In this document: in pieces, positions 31,018-41,328 of the stretch
Layout of the letters: every line of letters begins with the position of its first letter
Position numbering within the stretch: position 1 is the stretch's first letter
Position numbers and translations under genes: made by a program
The notes under the pieces: model-generated
The model's database searches: none
The model's input: the letters and a program-made list of their open reading frames with translations, nothing else
What the model was told of the DNA's origin: nothing
From: an uncultured Gammaproteobacteria bacterium
GTDB lineage: Bacteria; Pseudomonadota; Gammaproteobacteria; DRLM01
DNA length: 64,000 nucleotides
Reading direction: 5' to 3'
Assembly: GCA_963729605.1 (NCBI GenBank)
Contig: CAVSNY010000004.1
Coordinates: forward strand, 160,001-224,000

Positions 31018-33192
31018 ATGGCTAGTGGTTTACTCGGGGTAGGATTGTCGGGTTTGCTGGCGGCGCAACGCGCCTTGTCGGTCACCAGCCATAACATCAG
31101 CAACGTCAATACCGACGGTTACAGCCGGCAACGGGTGGATTTGAATACCCGTCTGCCCGACCTGTTTGGCAATAGCTACATCGGCAATGGCGTCGATGTC
31201 GGCGCCGTCAATCGGCTTTACGACAATTTTTTGGTGGAACAGGTACGCACCGGTACCTCGTCTTATGAAAGCCTCAACACTTTTGCCAGTTATGTGGGCC
31301 GCATCGATAACCTGCTCGCCAATCCCGAGGCGGGGATAGACGCGGTAGTCCAGTCATTTTTTTCGGCGATGAACGAGGTGTCCAGCGATCCCGCGTCGCA
31401 ACCGGCGCGGCAATTATTGCTGAGTCAGGCCGAGACGCTGGTCGACCGTTTCCAATACGTCAACGAGCGTTTTACCGAGCTGCGCCAGCAATCCAATATC
31501 GCTTTGACGAATTCGGTAGGCCAAATCAACGCCCTGGCCTCCGGTATCGCCGACCTCAATCAGCGGATCGTTTCCGCCCTCGGCGCCGCCGGCGGCGGCC
31601 AGCCCAACGATTTACTGGATAAACGCGACGCCGCGGTGATTCAGCTCTCTAAACTGGTGTCGGTAACCTCCATTTCCCAGAACGACGGCTCGATGAACAT
31701 CTTCATCGGTTCCGGCCAGACCTTGGTGGCGGGATCGACGGTCCAGCAATTGAGCATACTCCGTAATCATTACGATCCGACCCGCAATGAAATCGGTTAT
31801 AGCGTCGGCTCGAACACCGTCGAAATCACCAATCAACTGTCCGGCGGCAGCGTCGGCGGGTTGCTCAACTTCCGCAGCCAAGTATTGGACCCCGCGCAAA
31901 ATGCCTTGGGCCGCGTCGCGACCGGGTTGGCCGAGACCATGAATACCCAGCATCAACTCGGTGTCGATCTCAACGGCGCATTGGGCGGCAAACTGTTCAA
32001 TACCGCCGCGCCGCTGGTGTCGGCCGATTCGCGCAATACCGGCGGCGGTACGGTGAGCGCGGCGCTGGTCAACGTCGACGACCTCACTACCAGCGATTAC
32101 CGGTTGTCATACAACGGCGCCGACAGTTACACCCTGACCCGCATCAACGACGGCCAGGCCTTCGCCATCAACACCGGCGGCAATTCGCCTTACTTGACCG
32201 CCACCGTCGATGGTATCGCCTTGACGATAACCTCCGGCGCGGCGGCCGGCGACAGTTTCCTCGTGCGGCCGACCTACGCGGCGGTGGGAAATTTACAGGT
32301 CGCGATCAGCGATCCGGCCAAAATCGCCGCCGCGGCGCCGATCCGCACCCAGGTGTCCCTCGGCAATGTCGGTAACGCCACCATCAGCGCCGGCGCGGTG
32401 AATTCGCCGGACAACCGGCTGGTGGTGCAGTTCACCGCGCCCGGCAGTTACGATGTGGTGGATGAGACCACCGGCGCGATCTTGGGACAAGGATTGAGTT
32501 ACAACTCGGGCGGCAATATCGCCTTCAACGGTTTGAGCTTTCAGATCACCGACGGCGGCAGCGGTCCCGCCGCCGGCGACCGCTTTTATATCGATCAAAA
32601 GGTCACCGGCGCCGACGGCGCCAACACCGGCGCCGCGACGATCGGCCAGGTGACGGCGAGCCCGCCCGATCCCCGTCTCCGCGATAGTGTCAGCATCGTC
32701 TTCACCAGCCCTACCAGTTACAACATCGTGGGGGCGACCACCGGCAGCCCGACCACCAACGTGCCCTACACCAGCGGCGACACCATCAGCTACAACGGCT
32801 GGAATCTCGCCATCAGCGGCACGCCGGCGGCAGGCGATACCTTCACGGTGTCCGCCAACAACAATGGTGTCGGCGATAATCGCAATGCCTTGTTGTTGAG
32901 CGGACTGCAACAAAAATCGACGCTGGCCGGCGGTACCGCGAGTTATCAGGACGCGTACGGGCAAATCGTCGCCGATATCGGGACCAAAGCTCAGCAGGCG
33001 CATATCGCCAGCGGTGCCCGCGAAACCTTGCTCAAACAATCGATCGACGCCCGCGATTCGGTGTCCGGCGTCAATCTCGATGAAGAGGCGGCGAATCTGA
33101 TGAAGATGCAGCAGGCTTATCAGGCGGCGGCCCGGGTGATTTCAATGGCGGATAGTTTGTTCCAGACCTTGTTGGATGCAGTACGCAGGTAA
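31018..33192 (+). CDS. flgK: Hook-associated protein FlgK (long form)
   Basis: SHNISNVNTDGYSRQ, PNDLLDKRD, SGVNLDEEAANL. Confidence 0.97.
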   Translation: MASGLLGVGLSGLLAAQRALSVTSHNISNVNTDGYSRQRVDLNTRLPDLFGNSYIGNGVDVGAVNRLYDNFLVEQVRTGTSSYESLNTFASYVGRIDNLLANPEAGIDAVVQSFFSAMNEVSSDPASQPARQLLLSQAETLVDRFQYVNERFTELRQQSNIALTNSVGQINALASGIADLNQRIVSALGAAGGGQPNDLLDKRDAAVIQLSKLVSVTSISQNDGSMNIFIGSGQTLVAGSTVQQLSILRNHYDPTRNEIGYSVGSNTVEITNQLSGGSVGGLLNFRSQVLDPAQNALGRVATGLAETMNTQHQLGVDLNGALGGKLFNTAAPLVSADSRNTGGGTVSAALVNVDDLTTSDYRLSYNGADSYTLTRINDGQAFAINTGGNSPYLTATVDGIALTITSGAAAGDSFLVRPTYAAVGNLQVAISDPAKIAAAAPIRTQVSLGNVGNATISAGAVNSPDNRLVVQFTAPGSYDVVDETTGAILGQGLSYNSGGNIAFNGLSFQITDGGSGPAAGDRFYIDQKVTGADGANTGAATIGQVTASPPDPRLRDSVSIVFTSPTSYNIVGATTGSPTTNVPYTSGDTISYNGWNLAISGTPAAGDTFTVSANNNGVGDNRNALLLSGLQQKSTLAGGTASYQDAYGQIVADIGTKAQQAHIASGARETLLKQSIDARDSVSGVNLDEEAANLMKMQQAYQAAARVISMADSLFQTLLDAVRR

Positions 33193-33198
33193 TCGTCT

Positions 33199-34392
33199 AT
33201 GCGGATATCGACCAATCAAATTTATCAACGCGGCGTGGATGCGATGCTCGAGCAGCAGTCGCTGCTCAGCAAAACCCAAAATCAGTTGGCGACGGGTAAG
33301 CGGATAGTGGTTCCCAGCGACGATCCTATCGGCGCGGTACAAATGCTTGATCTGCAGAAAAACGTGGAATCAACCAAACGCTATCAAGAAAATATCGCCG
33401 CCACGCGGGTCAGCTTGAGTATGGAAGAGCAGGGCTTGCGTGAAGGAATAGGCATTCTGCAGCGGGTGAGGGATTTGGCGATTCAGGCCAATAACGCCTC
33501 GATGAGCAATTCGCAAAGGCAAGGTCTGGCCGCGGAGATCGATGAACATCTCGCGGGATTGCTAGGCATCGCCAACACCCAAGACGCGAATGGCGATTAT
33601 CTGTTTGCCGGGTTTTCCACTAACGGAAAACCCTTTAGTCAAAGCCCGACCGGTTTTAATTACGCCGGCGACCAAGGTCAACGACTGGCGCAAATTGGCC
33701 CCACTCGCCAAGTGGCGATGAGTGATTCGGGAATGAGAGTCTTCCAAGCGATCAAGGACGGCAACGGCACCTTCGTGACCTCCTATAACGCGGCCAACAC
33801 CGGCAGCGGCGTGATCGATCCGGGCACTGTGACGAATCCGGCGGCCTGGGTAAGAGATACCTATACGATTAATTTCATCACGCCGACCAGTTATGAAGTG
33901 CGTGACAGCAGCGCGACGCTGATAAGCAGCGGCACTTATCAAGCGGATGCGGACATCGCCTTTAACGGCGTACAAACCTCCATCGCCGGTACGCCCGCCG
34001 CCGGCGATCAGTTTACCCTTGCTCCAAGCACTCACCAGGATGTGTTTACTACCTTGCGGGATTTGGCCAACGCATTGCGCGGCGCGCCCGTGGACCCGGC
34101 GGCCAAGGCCCAGGCGGCCAATGACATCAATCGGGCCATGACGAATTTGGATCAGGCCTTGGATAATTTTTCTAATTTGGAGGCTTCGGTGGGCGCTCGT
34201 CTCCAGGCGCTCGACAATCAAGAAAGCATAAATGAAGACTTTATCTTGATATCGGAAATGGCCTTGGCCGACGTGCAGGATCTTGATTACGCGGAGGCCA
34301 TCAGCCTTTTTAACCGGCAATTACTGGCTTTGCAGGCCGCGCAGCAATCCTTTATGCGCGTGCAGAACTTATCGTTATTTAACTTTTTTTAA
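33199..34392 (+). CDS. flgL: Hook-associated protein FlgL
   Basis: MRIST start, PSDDP, GDYLFAG, DLDYAEAI, LSLFNFF end. Confidence 0.97.
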   Translation: MRISTNQIYQRGVDAMLEQQSLLSKTQNQLATGKRIVVPSDDPIGAVQMLDLQKNVESTKRYQENIAATRVSLSMEEQGLREGIGILQRVRDLAIQANNASMSNSQRQGLAAEIDEHLAGLLGIANTQDANGDYLFAGFSTNGKPFSQSPTGFNYAGDQGQRLAQIGPTRQVAMSDSGMRVFQAIKDGNGTFVTSYNAANTGSGVIDPGTVTNPAAWVRDTYTINFITPTSYEVRDSSATLISSGTYQADADIAFNGVQTSIAGTPAAGDQFTLAPSTHQDVFTTLRDLANALRGAPVDPAAKAQAANDINRAMTNLDQALDNFSNLEASVGARLQALDNQESINEDFILISEMALADVQDLDYAEAISLFNRQLLALQAAQQSFMRVQNLSLFNFF

Positions 34393-34919
34393 AAATCTTC
34401 TCTTCTTCACTGAGGCGTTACCGCTGCCGGTCTATGCATTCCTGCTCGGCGTAGGATTCCAATGGAAGCCGTTTTTCAAAACAGCGCGTGGATGTGCCGT
34501 GTTCTGCGGATTCAAGAATGAAATTATTTCAACGTTCTCTATCAATCGCTCAATTCGCGTAACAAGCCAAACCTCACCCCGCCGCGTCCACCAAGACAAC
34601 AGGAAGAAGGCATTCTTACGCGGCGACGGTGTCCATCCGGGTAGCCGCTCCCGCCCGCGGGAGCAGGGGGAATCACGCCCCGACCCCCGTGTCCGATATC
34701 AATATTTTTCGAGAGAGGATCACGTCGTTCATGCCTCGCGTGGACCGAATGCGGCAAAAATCCATTTGAGATGGGTTCTGATCAAATGACGGTTTCCCAT
34801 GATTTGTCGAACACATACAGGCAATTTTTCCGCGTAGTACTATCGTCTGCCGTTTCGGTAAGGACATCCCGCATCCTCTGGGTCACTCTGCCGGTCACGC
34901 TGTTTTTTCTAGGTAGGAC

Positions 34920-34947
34920 TAAAGTCCGCCGCCTCTCGCACCGATAC
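34920..34947 (+). promoter_or_regulatory. Sigma28 promoter of fliC
   Basis: TAAAGTCC-N12-ACCGATAC about 90 nt upstream of the flagellin ATG. Confidence 0.7.
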
Positions 34948-35038
34948 ATTTGCTGGAAGCGGTGAATACCCCTTTGGGTATATCCGCTAAGTATAAATAT
35001 TGACCTCGGCTAAACCCGGGGTTATGAGGAGTAACGCA

Positions 35039-37189
35039 ATGGCTCTTAGTATTAACACCAATGTTATGTCTTTGAATGCGCAGAAAAATCTTCGCGCATC
35101 GGAATCACCCATGCAAACGGCGATGCAACGCTTGTCCACGGGCATGCGTATTAATAGCGCCAAGGATGACGCCGCGGGTCTGGCTATTTCAACCCGTATG
35201 ACCACCCAAATCAATGGCTTGAATGCGGCCAGCCGTAACGCCAATGACGCCATTTCCATGGCGCAAGTGGCCGAGGGCGCCATGTCCGAGATGAGTAACA
35301 TGTTGCAGCGCATACGTGAATTGGCCATCCAGTCGGCCAATGCCACCAATTCATCTTCGGATCGCGCGGCGCTGAACTCGGAAGTGAACCAGTTGCTGTC
35401 TGAATTCCAGCGCATTTCCTCCACCACGGAATACAACGGTCAAAAAATGATCGACGGGACCTTTAGCACTGCGTCGTTCCAAGTCGGCGCCAACGCCAAC
35501 CAGACCATCAGCGTGAGTATGGGCAATACCCAGACCACCGCGTTGGGCGCCTATCAGTACAACAACACCTCCAGCGCGGTGAGCGGTACGGCCCTCGCCT
35601 CCGGTGACCTCACCATCAATGATGTGAATGTCGGCGCCTCCGTCAGCGGCAGCGCGGACGACATCGTCACCGCCATTAACAGCGTGACCAACCAGAGCGG
35701 CGTCACCGCCACCGCCACGTCGTCGATTACCGCCGCGAATGCCCCCTCCGGCCGAATCAACCTTCAATCCGGCGATTTGGTAATTAATGGCGTGAACATC
35801 GGCGCGGTCACCGGCAGTTATAATCTGGCGACCCAAGGTACCAACATCGCTAATGCCATCAACGCCAAGACCACCTCCACCGGTGTGACCGCCACGGTCA
35901 ACACTTCCAACGGCGCGTTGACCTTGTCGTCCAGCACTGGCAAGACCATTGCCATTACCAGCAACAACACCACCGCGGGCGCCGCCCGGGTGGAGAACGC
36001 GACGGGTTTGGAACTGTCCGCCAGTACCGTACAGGCGAGTAATGCCTTGGCGATCACCGCCACCGCGGGCGTGGCGGTTGCCACCATGACCTCCGGTGTC
36101 GGTCTGCATGGTCAGCAGTTTACGGTGGGCACGGGCGCGAAAGAGGTTACCTACCAATTGGTGGATTCCGATAACGTCGGTTATGCCGGCATGGGCAGCC
36201 CGGCCAACGGTGCCGATCTCGGCGGCGACGTCATCGCGGTGGTATGGAGCTCAGGGACCGGTCAGGCCAGCCTTAATACCAACCTCAAGGCCGCCGTCGA
36301 AGCAAACAATACAACTGTCACGCTGACCAGTTCCGGCGCAGACCAGACCGTGACCTCGAATGTGCGTGGTGTGGAGACGGTGAATGGTTATAACCTGGCC
36401 AATGTAGGCGCCGGTACCGCACTGGGGGGTATTAATAATGCCTCGGTCGCGGCGGCCGGTGTCGCCGAAGGCGGGACCGTGATTGTCGATGGCACCACGT
36501 ATACCTTCTCTGATGTGGCATCCAGCTCCGGCAACACCATCTCTATGCGTCAGGTCCAGAACTCGATGGCGACGGATCTTGCCGCGGCTATTACCGCTAA
36601 CCACGGCGCCAACACCACCGATGTCACCGCCGCCGCGGCCACCAACACGGTGACGGTGACCGCCGATGTGCGTGGTACGCCGGGTAATTCAGCGGTCGAT
36701 GCGACCGGTACGGCGATCGCGGCCGGCGTGGTTGAGACCCTCAGCAATGCCACCGACGGCGCTTACACCGCCAGCACCACCTACGGCACGATTTCGCTGA
36801 ATTCCAGCTCAACCTATCAAGTGGGTGGCAACAATCCCGGCAATGCGGGCCTGTCCACGGCTTCCGCCACCCTGACCTCGATCAGCACCATCGACATCTC
36901 CTCGGTGGCGGGCGCCAATGCCGCCATCGCTCTGGCGGATGGCGCGCTGGCGCAGATCAGCAGTCTGCGTGCCGATCTGGGTGCGGTGCAAAATCGATTC
37001 GAGTCCACGGTGGCCAATCTTGCCACCATGTCCGAGAATCTGAGCGCCGCGCGCAGTCGGATCATGGACGCGGACTTCGCCGCTGAAACGGCGGCATTGA
37101 CCCGTGCCCAGATCATGCAGCAAGCGGGTATCGCCATGTTGGCGCAAGCCAATGCCGTTCCGCAGAACGTACTGGCACTGTTGCGGTAA
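35039..37189 (+). CDS. fliC: Flagellin (716 aa, large variable region)
   Basis: MALSINTN…[22 protein letters not shown]-terminus; LGAVQNRF…[11 protein letters not shown]…QNVLALLR C-terminus; GAGGAG RBS. Confidence 0.98.
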   Translation: MALSINTNVMSLNAQKNLRASESPMQTAMQRLSTGMRINSAKDDAAGLAISTRMTTQINGLNAASRNANDAISMAQVAEGAMSEMSNMLQRIRELAIQSANATNSSSDRAALNSEVNQLLSEFQRISSTTEYNGQKMIDGTFSTASFQVGANANQTISVSMGNTQTTALGAYQYNNTSSAVSGTALASGDLTINDVNVGASVSGSADDIVTAINSVTNQSGVTATATSSITAANAPSGRINLQSGDLVINGVNIGAVTGSYNLATQGTNIANAINAKTTSTGVTATVNTSNGALTLSSSTGKTIAITSNNTTAGAARVENATGLELSASTVQASNALAITATAGVAVATMTSGVGLHGQQFTVGTGAKEVTYQLVDSDNVGYAGMGSPANGADLGGDVIAVVWSSGTGQASLNTNLKAAVEANNTTVTLTSSGADQTVTSNVRGVETVNGYNLANVGAGTALGGINNASVAAAGVAEGGTVIVDGTTYTFSDVASSSGNTISMRQVQNSMATDLAAAITANHGANTTDVTAAAATNTVTVTADVRGTPGNSAVDATGTAIAAGVVETLSNATDGAYTASTTYGTISLNSSSTYQVGGNNPGNAGLSTASATLTSISTIDISSVAGANAAIALADGALAQISSLRADLGAVQNRFESTVANLATMSENLSAARSRIMDADFAAETAALTRAQIMQQAGIAMLAQANAVPQNVLALLR

Positions 37190-37201
37190 GCGCAAAGGGG
37201 A

Positions 37202-37235
37202 TAGGCGCCCGGATTGCCGGGCGCCTGTTTCTCTT
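37202..37235 (+). terminator. Rho-independent terminator / stabilising hairpin after fliC
   Basis: AGGCGCCCGG-ATTG-CCGGGCGCCT followed by GTTTCTCTT. Confidence 0.75.
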
Positions 37236-37259
37236 CGTCAACAGTGAGGGTGAAAATTC

Positions 37260-37643
37260 ATGAGCTCATTACATGTTTCCGATGTCATGGTGGGTACAAC
37301 CGGGCGTACTCTCTCCAAACCGCCCACTGAAGCCGTCGTACCCAATACATTAACCAAGCGGCAAACGTCCACCGAGAACGGCAAGGCTCAGCCACAGGAA
37401 GTGCAGCCGGCCGTGATAAATGAAGATAAGTTGAATGAAGAAGTCCAGCGCCTCAATGAGCACGCGCAGCAGGAGCGGCGTGATTTGCACTTCAGCGTTG
37501 ATGAGCAAAGTGGTCGGACTATAATTAAAATTATTGATTCTCAGACCAAAGAGGTCATACGCCAGATTCCGTCCGAAGAAGCGCAGATATTGGTGAAGCG
37601 TCTTGAAGAAGGACAAGGCTTATTATTACCGATCAAAGCTTGA
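37260..37643 (+). CDS. flaG: Flagellar protein FlaG
   Basis: LHFSVDEQSGRTIIKIIDSQTKEVIRQIPSEE FlaG motif. Confidence 0.93.
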   Translation: MSSLHVSDVMVGTTGRTLSKPPTEAVVPNTLTKRQTSTENGKAQPQEVQPAVINEDKLNEEVQRLNEHAQQERRDLHFSVDEQSGRTIIKIIDSQTKEVIRQIPSEEAQILVKRLEEGQGLLLPIKA

Positions 37644-37735
37644 GTTGGCTCAAGTATTGCACTGCAATATGCATCAAGATTGAGTAGATTATTCAGTAGT
37701 TCCAGTAGTTCGAATTTCCACTTGGGGGAAAGAGA

Positions 37736-39748
37736 ATGGCGTCCATAACTTCATCAGGCATTGGTTCCGGTTTGGATATCAACGGCCTGGTCAGTCAGCT
37801 GGTGGCGGCGGAGCGTGCGCCGACCACGCAACGTCTGGCGGTGAAAGAAGCCAAGTTGCAAGCCAAGCTGTCGGCTTATGGAACGCTGAAAAGTTCTTTG
37901 TCCTCCTTTCAATCGGCGGCGAACACACTTAAATCATTAACCACCTTTCAGGCGCGGAGCGCCTCGGTCAGCGACAGTTCGGTGATGACGGCGACCGCGA
38001 GCAGCATTGCTCAGGAAGGCGCCTACAGCGTAAAAGTGCTTGAAATGGCGCAAGCCCACAGCCTGGCCTCGACAACGGGTTTCGAGGATTTGAGCACGGC
38101 GGTCGGCACGGGCAGTTTGACGTTCCGTTTCGGCAGCTACAATGTCTCCGAAACGACGTTTACCCAGAGTGGTGAAGTGCCCAGCAAAACCGTAGTGATC
38201 GGCGACGCCGACAACAGTTTGAGCGGCATCAGAGACGCGGTGAACGCCGCGGATATCGGTGTACGCGCATCCATCGTCAATGATGGCAGTGGTTATCGTT
38301 TATTATTCAGCTCGTCGGAGAGCGGCGCCAGCCACGCTCTGGAAGTCACCGTGGATGAGGGCGGCGCGCCGGCGGCTAACGAGGATCTCAGCGGTTTATC
38401 CCAACTGGTTTTTTCCGCGAGCGTGAAAAACGCAACGCGTACCGAGCTCGCCCAAGATGCGCGGGTCAGCATCAACGGCCTGATCGTGACGCGCCCCAAT
38501 AATGTAGTGGACGGCGCCATCCCCGGCGTCACCCTGAATCTGCAGAGCACGGCGCCGGATAAACCGGTGCTGGTCGAAATAAACCACGATCAGCAAGGCG
38601 CCTATGCCGCGGTGGATAAATTTGTCGCCAGTTATAACGAATTGGTCGCGACCATGAAGTCGTTGGGCGACTATAGAGCGGATACTCAGACCGCGGGTGT
38701 GCTGCTGGGCGATCCCGCCCTGCGCAGCGTGGAAACCCGTTTGCGTCAAGTGTTGGGCCAGGTGGTGGAGGGAACCGGTGGCGCTTACCGTTCTCTCGCC
38801 GACATTGGCATCGCTACGCAGCGAGACGGGACGTTGTCGCTGAACGCGAATAAATTGCAGAGTGCGCTCGATAGCGATTTTGATTCGGTGGGCCGTTTGT
38901 TCGCCACCAGCGGCCATGCCAGCGATAGTTTGGTCACCTATCACAGCGCAAGCGCGGATACGCGCGCCGGCAGTTATAGTTTGCAGGTCGACCGGCTTGC
39001 CACCCAGGGTAGTTTTTCCGGCCGCGCCGGTATCGCCGCGGTGACCTTGGACACCAGTAATAATGCGTTCTCCGTCAATGTGGACGGTGTGCAATCCGCC
39101 AGTCTCACTCTCAGCGCTGGCACTTACGACAGCCCGGCCGAACTGGCCAGTTTGGCCGCTGAAATGACCAGCAAGATTAATGGCGCGGCCGCCCTCCAAT
39201 CCGCGGGAATATCGGTTACGGTCAGTTACGACAACGACCAGCAGCGTTTCATGATCCGTTCCAACAGTTATGGCAGCGCCTCCACGGTGAGCATGGTCTC
39301 GTTAATGGCCAGTCTTGGCCTGGACCAAGGCGGCAGTGGGGAAGCAGGCCAGGATGTGGCGGGCAGCTTGGGCGGCTTGCCGGCCACCGGCGCCGGCCAA
39401 ATATTGACCGGTGCCGGCGGGGCGCAAGGGTTGAACGTGCAAATCGGCGGCGGGGTCGTCGGTGCGCGCGGTGATGTGAATTTTTCGCGGGGTTACGGTG
39501 AAAGTCTTGGCAATGTGCTGGATGACTTGCTGAACACGCAAAATCTGCTGGATACCAAGCGTAGCGGCATGCAAACAGAGATCAGCGCTATTGCCAACGA
39601 ACGGATCGCTTTGGACCGGCGCATGACCGCGCTGCAAACGCGCCTGTCTCGCCAGTTCTCGGCGATGGATGCGTTGGTGAGCCAATTACGCAGTACGTCG
39701 GATTTTTTGACTCAACAGCTGGCCGCGTTACAGCCATCCTCTAGTTAG
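37736..39748 (+). CDS. fliD: Filament cap FliD
   Basis: ITSSGIGSGLDINGLVSQLV, FVASYNEL, QFSAMDALVSQL. Confidence 0.97.
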   Translation: MASITSSGIGSGLDINGLVSQLVAAERAPTTQRLAVKEAKLQAKLSAYGTLKSSLSSFQSAANTLKSLTTFQARSASVSDSSVMTATASSIAQEGAYSVKVLEMAQAHSLASTTGFEDLSTAVGTGSLTFRFGSYNVSETTFTQSGEVPSKTVVIGDADNSLSGIRDAVNAADIGVRASIVNDGSGYRLLFSSSESGASHALEVTVDEGGAPAANEDLSGLSQLVFSASVKNATRTELAQDARVSINGLIVTRPNNVVDGAIPGVTLNLQSTAPDKPVLVEINHDQQGAYAAVDKFVASYNELVATMKSLGDYRADTQTAGVLLGDPALRSVETRLRQVLGQVVEGTGGAYRSLADIGIATQRDGTLSLNANKLQSALDSDFDSVGRLFATSGHASDSLVTYHSASADTRAGSYSLQVDRLATQGSFSGRAGIAAVTLDTSNNAFSVNVDGVQSASLTLSAGTYDSPAELASLAAEMTSKINGAAALQSAGISVTVSYDNDQQRFMIRSNSYGSASTVSMVSLMASLGLDQGGSGEAGQDVAGSLGGLPATGAGQILTGAGGAQGLNVQIGGGVVGARGDVNFSRGYGESLGNVLDDLLNTQNLLDTKRSGMQTEISAIANERIALDRRMTALQTRLSRQFSAMDALVSQLRSTSDFLTQQLAALQPSSS

Positions 39749-39851
39749 AGCAGGGGAAGGTTTTAGCCAGACCATTTTTCGCGATGGGCCGCGATGAGAA
39801 TTGATAAATAATCGGCACGGCCACAGGGCCATACATATTTAAGGAGCGTTA

Positions 39852-40271
39852 ATGAATTACTCCGTTAATAAAGGATTGAAGCAATACAACCAAGTCGTGG
39901 CGCAAAGCGCGGTAAGCGGGGTAAGCCCGCACCGGCTGATCCAGATGCTGCTGGATGGGGCGATCAACAAAATCACCATGGCCAAGGGTTATATGAATCA
40001 CCGTGATATAGCCAACAAAGGCAGCCATATTTCCTGGGCCATCGCCATCATCGGTGGATTACGCGGCAGTCTCAACAAAGAAGCGGGCGGCGCCATCGCG
40101 CAGAATCTCGATGATCTCTACGACTACATGTGCCGCCGGCTGGTGCAAGCCAATCTGGATAATCGGCCGGAATTGCTCGACGAAGTGACCGTGTTGCTAC
40201 GCGAGCTGAAGAACGGATGGGAGAGCATCCCCCCCGAGGTGCAGAAATCCGCCGAGGTCAGCGAAAAATGA
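39852..40271 (+). CDS. fliS: Flagellin chaperone FliS
   Basis: SPHRLIQMLLDGA, IAQNLDDLYDYM, GWESI. Confidence 0.96.
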   Translation: MNYSVNKGLKQYNQVVAQSAVSGVSPHRLIQMLLDGAINKITMAKGYMNHRDIANKGSHISWAIAIIGGLRGSLNKEAGGAIAQNLDDLYDYMCRRLVQANLDNRPELLDEVTVLLRELKNGWESIPPEVQKSAEVSEK

Positions 40272-40567
40272 AACCCTCTTTTGATCCGCTCGCCGTGTGC
40301 GCCAGCATGGGCGAGGCGGCTCAGCGCCAGGATTGGCCGGCATTGGCCGCGCTGGAGGAGGCTTTCTCCGCCGACATGCGCCATCTGTTGGCCACTTCCC
40401 CCCCGGCGGGCCGAGAACAAGAATTCGCCGCCTTGCTGAGCGAAGTATTGCAGGCCTATGAAACCTTGCTTTCACTGAGCGGCACTGTGCGGCAAGAACT
40501 GGCGGATCAGTTGCAAGGACTGCAGCGCGGTCAGCAGGCGCGCGATGCGTATAAAGAGTGCACTTAG
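40268..40567 (+). CDS. FliT-like chaperone
   Basis: ATGA overlap with the fliS stop; small helical protein with AAQRQDW and ARDAY motifs at the fliT position. Confidence 0.7.
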   Translation: MKPSFDPLAVCASMGEAAQRQDWPALAALEEAFSADMRHLLATSPPAGREQEFAALLSEVLQAYETLLSLSGTVRQELADQLQGLQRGQQARDAYKECT

Positions 40568-40618
40568 CGCAGGCTGGGTCGATCGCTCCGAGCGGCGGGC
40601 TGAAACGGCAAAACCACT

Positions 40619-41191
40619 ATGCCACACAATGATAATCCAGGTTTGATCTGTGAAGGGATACTGCCCCTCCGCTGGCAAGAAGAGAACGCCGCACCCGGCG
40701 AAGAAGAACTCGCCTTGCTCGATGCGCGCAATCAGGACGTGTTGAAAATCATTTATACACTGGACGAACAGCTTCCCGACGGCGCCGAGGAACAGTACGG
40801 CGCTACGCCTGATTTGGCCGCGGTCGAATTCAAGTTGAATCTGCTTTTTGATCTGGTCAGCCAGGTACTCAGCCACTATGTCCCCCTGCCGCCGCCGCGC
40901 GCCACCAAGCTCAGCGCGGGCGGTCTTGAATGGCGGGATGCCGCGCCGCCCCCCGTCGGTACCCTGCTCCGGGTGGAGCTTTATCTTAGCGGCCGTTATC
41001 CGCGGCCTCTTACCTTGTTCGGATGGGTACAGAACGTGACGCCCACCGCGGGTGTCACCCAAGTCACGCTGCCATTTCATGGCATGGGTGCTAGTACTCG
41101 GGAATGGCTGGAGAAATTGATTTTCCGCCACCATCGCCGCAGTGTGGCCTATGCCCGCCGCGAATTAGGCCACGACGAGCCTCCCCCTTAA
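40619..41191 (+). CDS. Atypical PilZ-domain protein
   Basis: KLNLLFDL coiled coil, KLSAGGLEW beta-barrel start, WLEKLIFRHHRR C-terminus; resembles the PilZ-type gene found after fliS in xanthomonad flagellar clusters. Confidence 0.65.
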   Translation: MPHNDNPGLICEGILPLRWQEENAAPGEEELALLDARNQDVLKIIYTLDEQLPDGAEEQYGATPDLAAVEFKLNLLFDLVSQVLSHYVPLPPPRATKLSAGGLEWRDAAPPPVGTLLRVELYLSGRYPRPLTLFGWVQNVTPTAGVTQVTLPFHGMGASTREWLEKLIFRHHRRSVAYARRELGHDEPPP

Positions 41192-41328
41192 ACCCTCGGC
41201 ACGACAAAATTTTGACATCTTGCGGGCGCGGTGATTTACTGATTACCGGTGTCTGCGAGCGTGTATCAATAGTCTCGGCGAAAGATAAATGGCTTATGCC
41301 GGCGGGCGGTGCGACGAGGGGGGTGTGA

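Noticed and set aside
41203-41216. GACAAAATTTTGAC upstream of fleQ as a FleQ-binding box
   Set aside because: Only a partial match to a degenerate consensus; cannot be supported from sequence alone.
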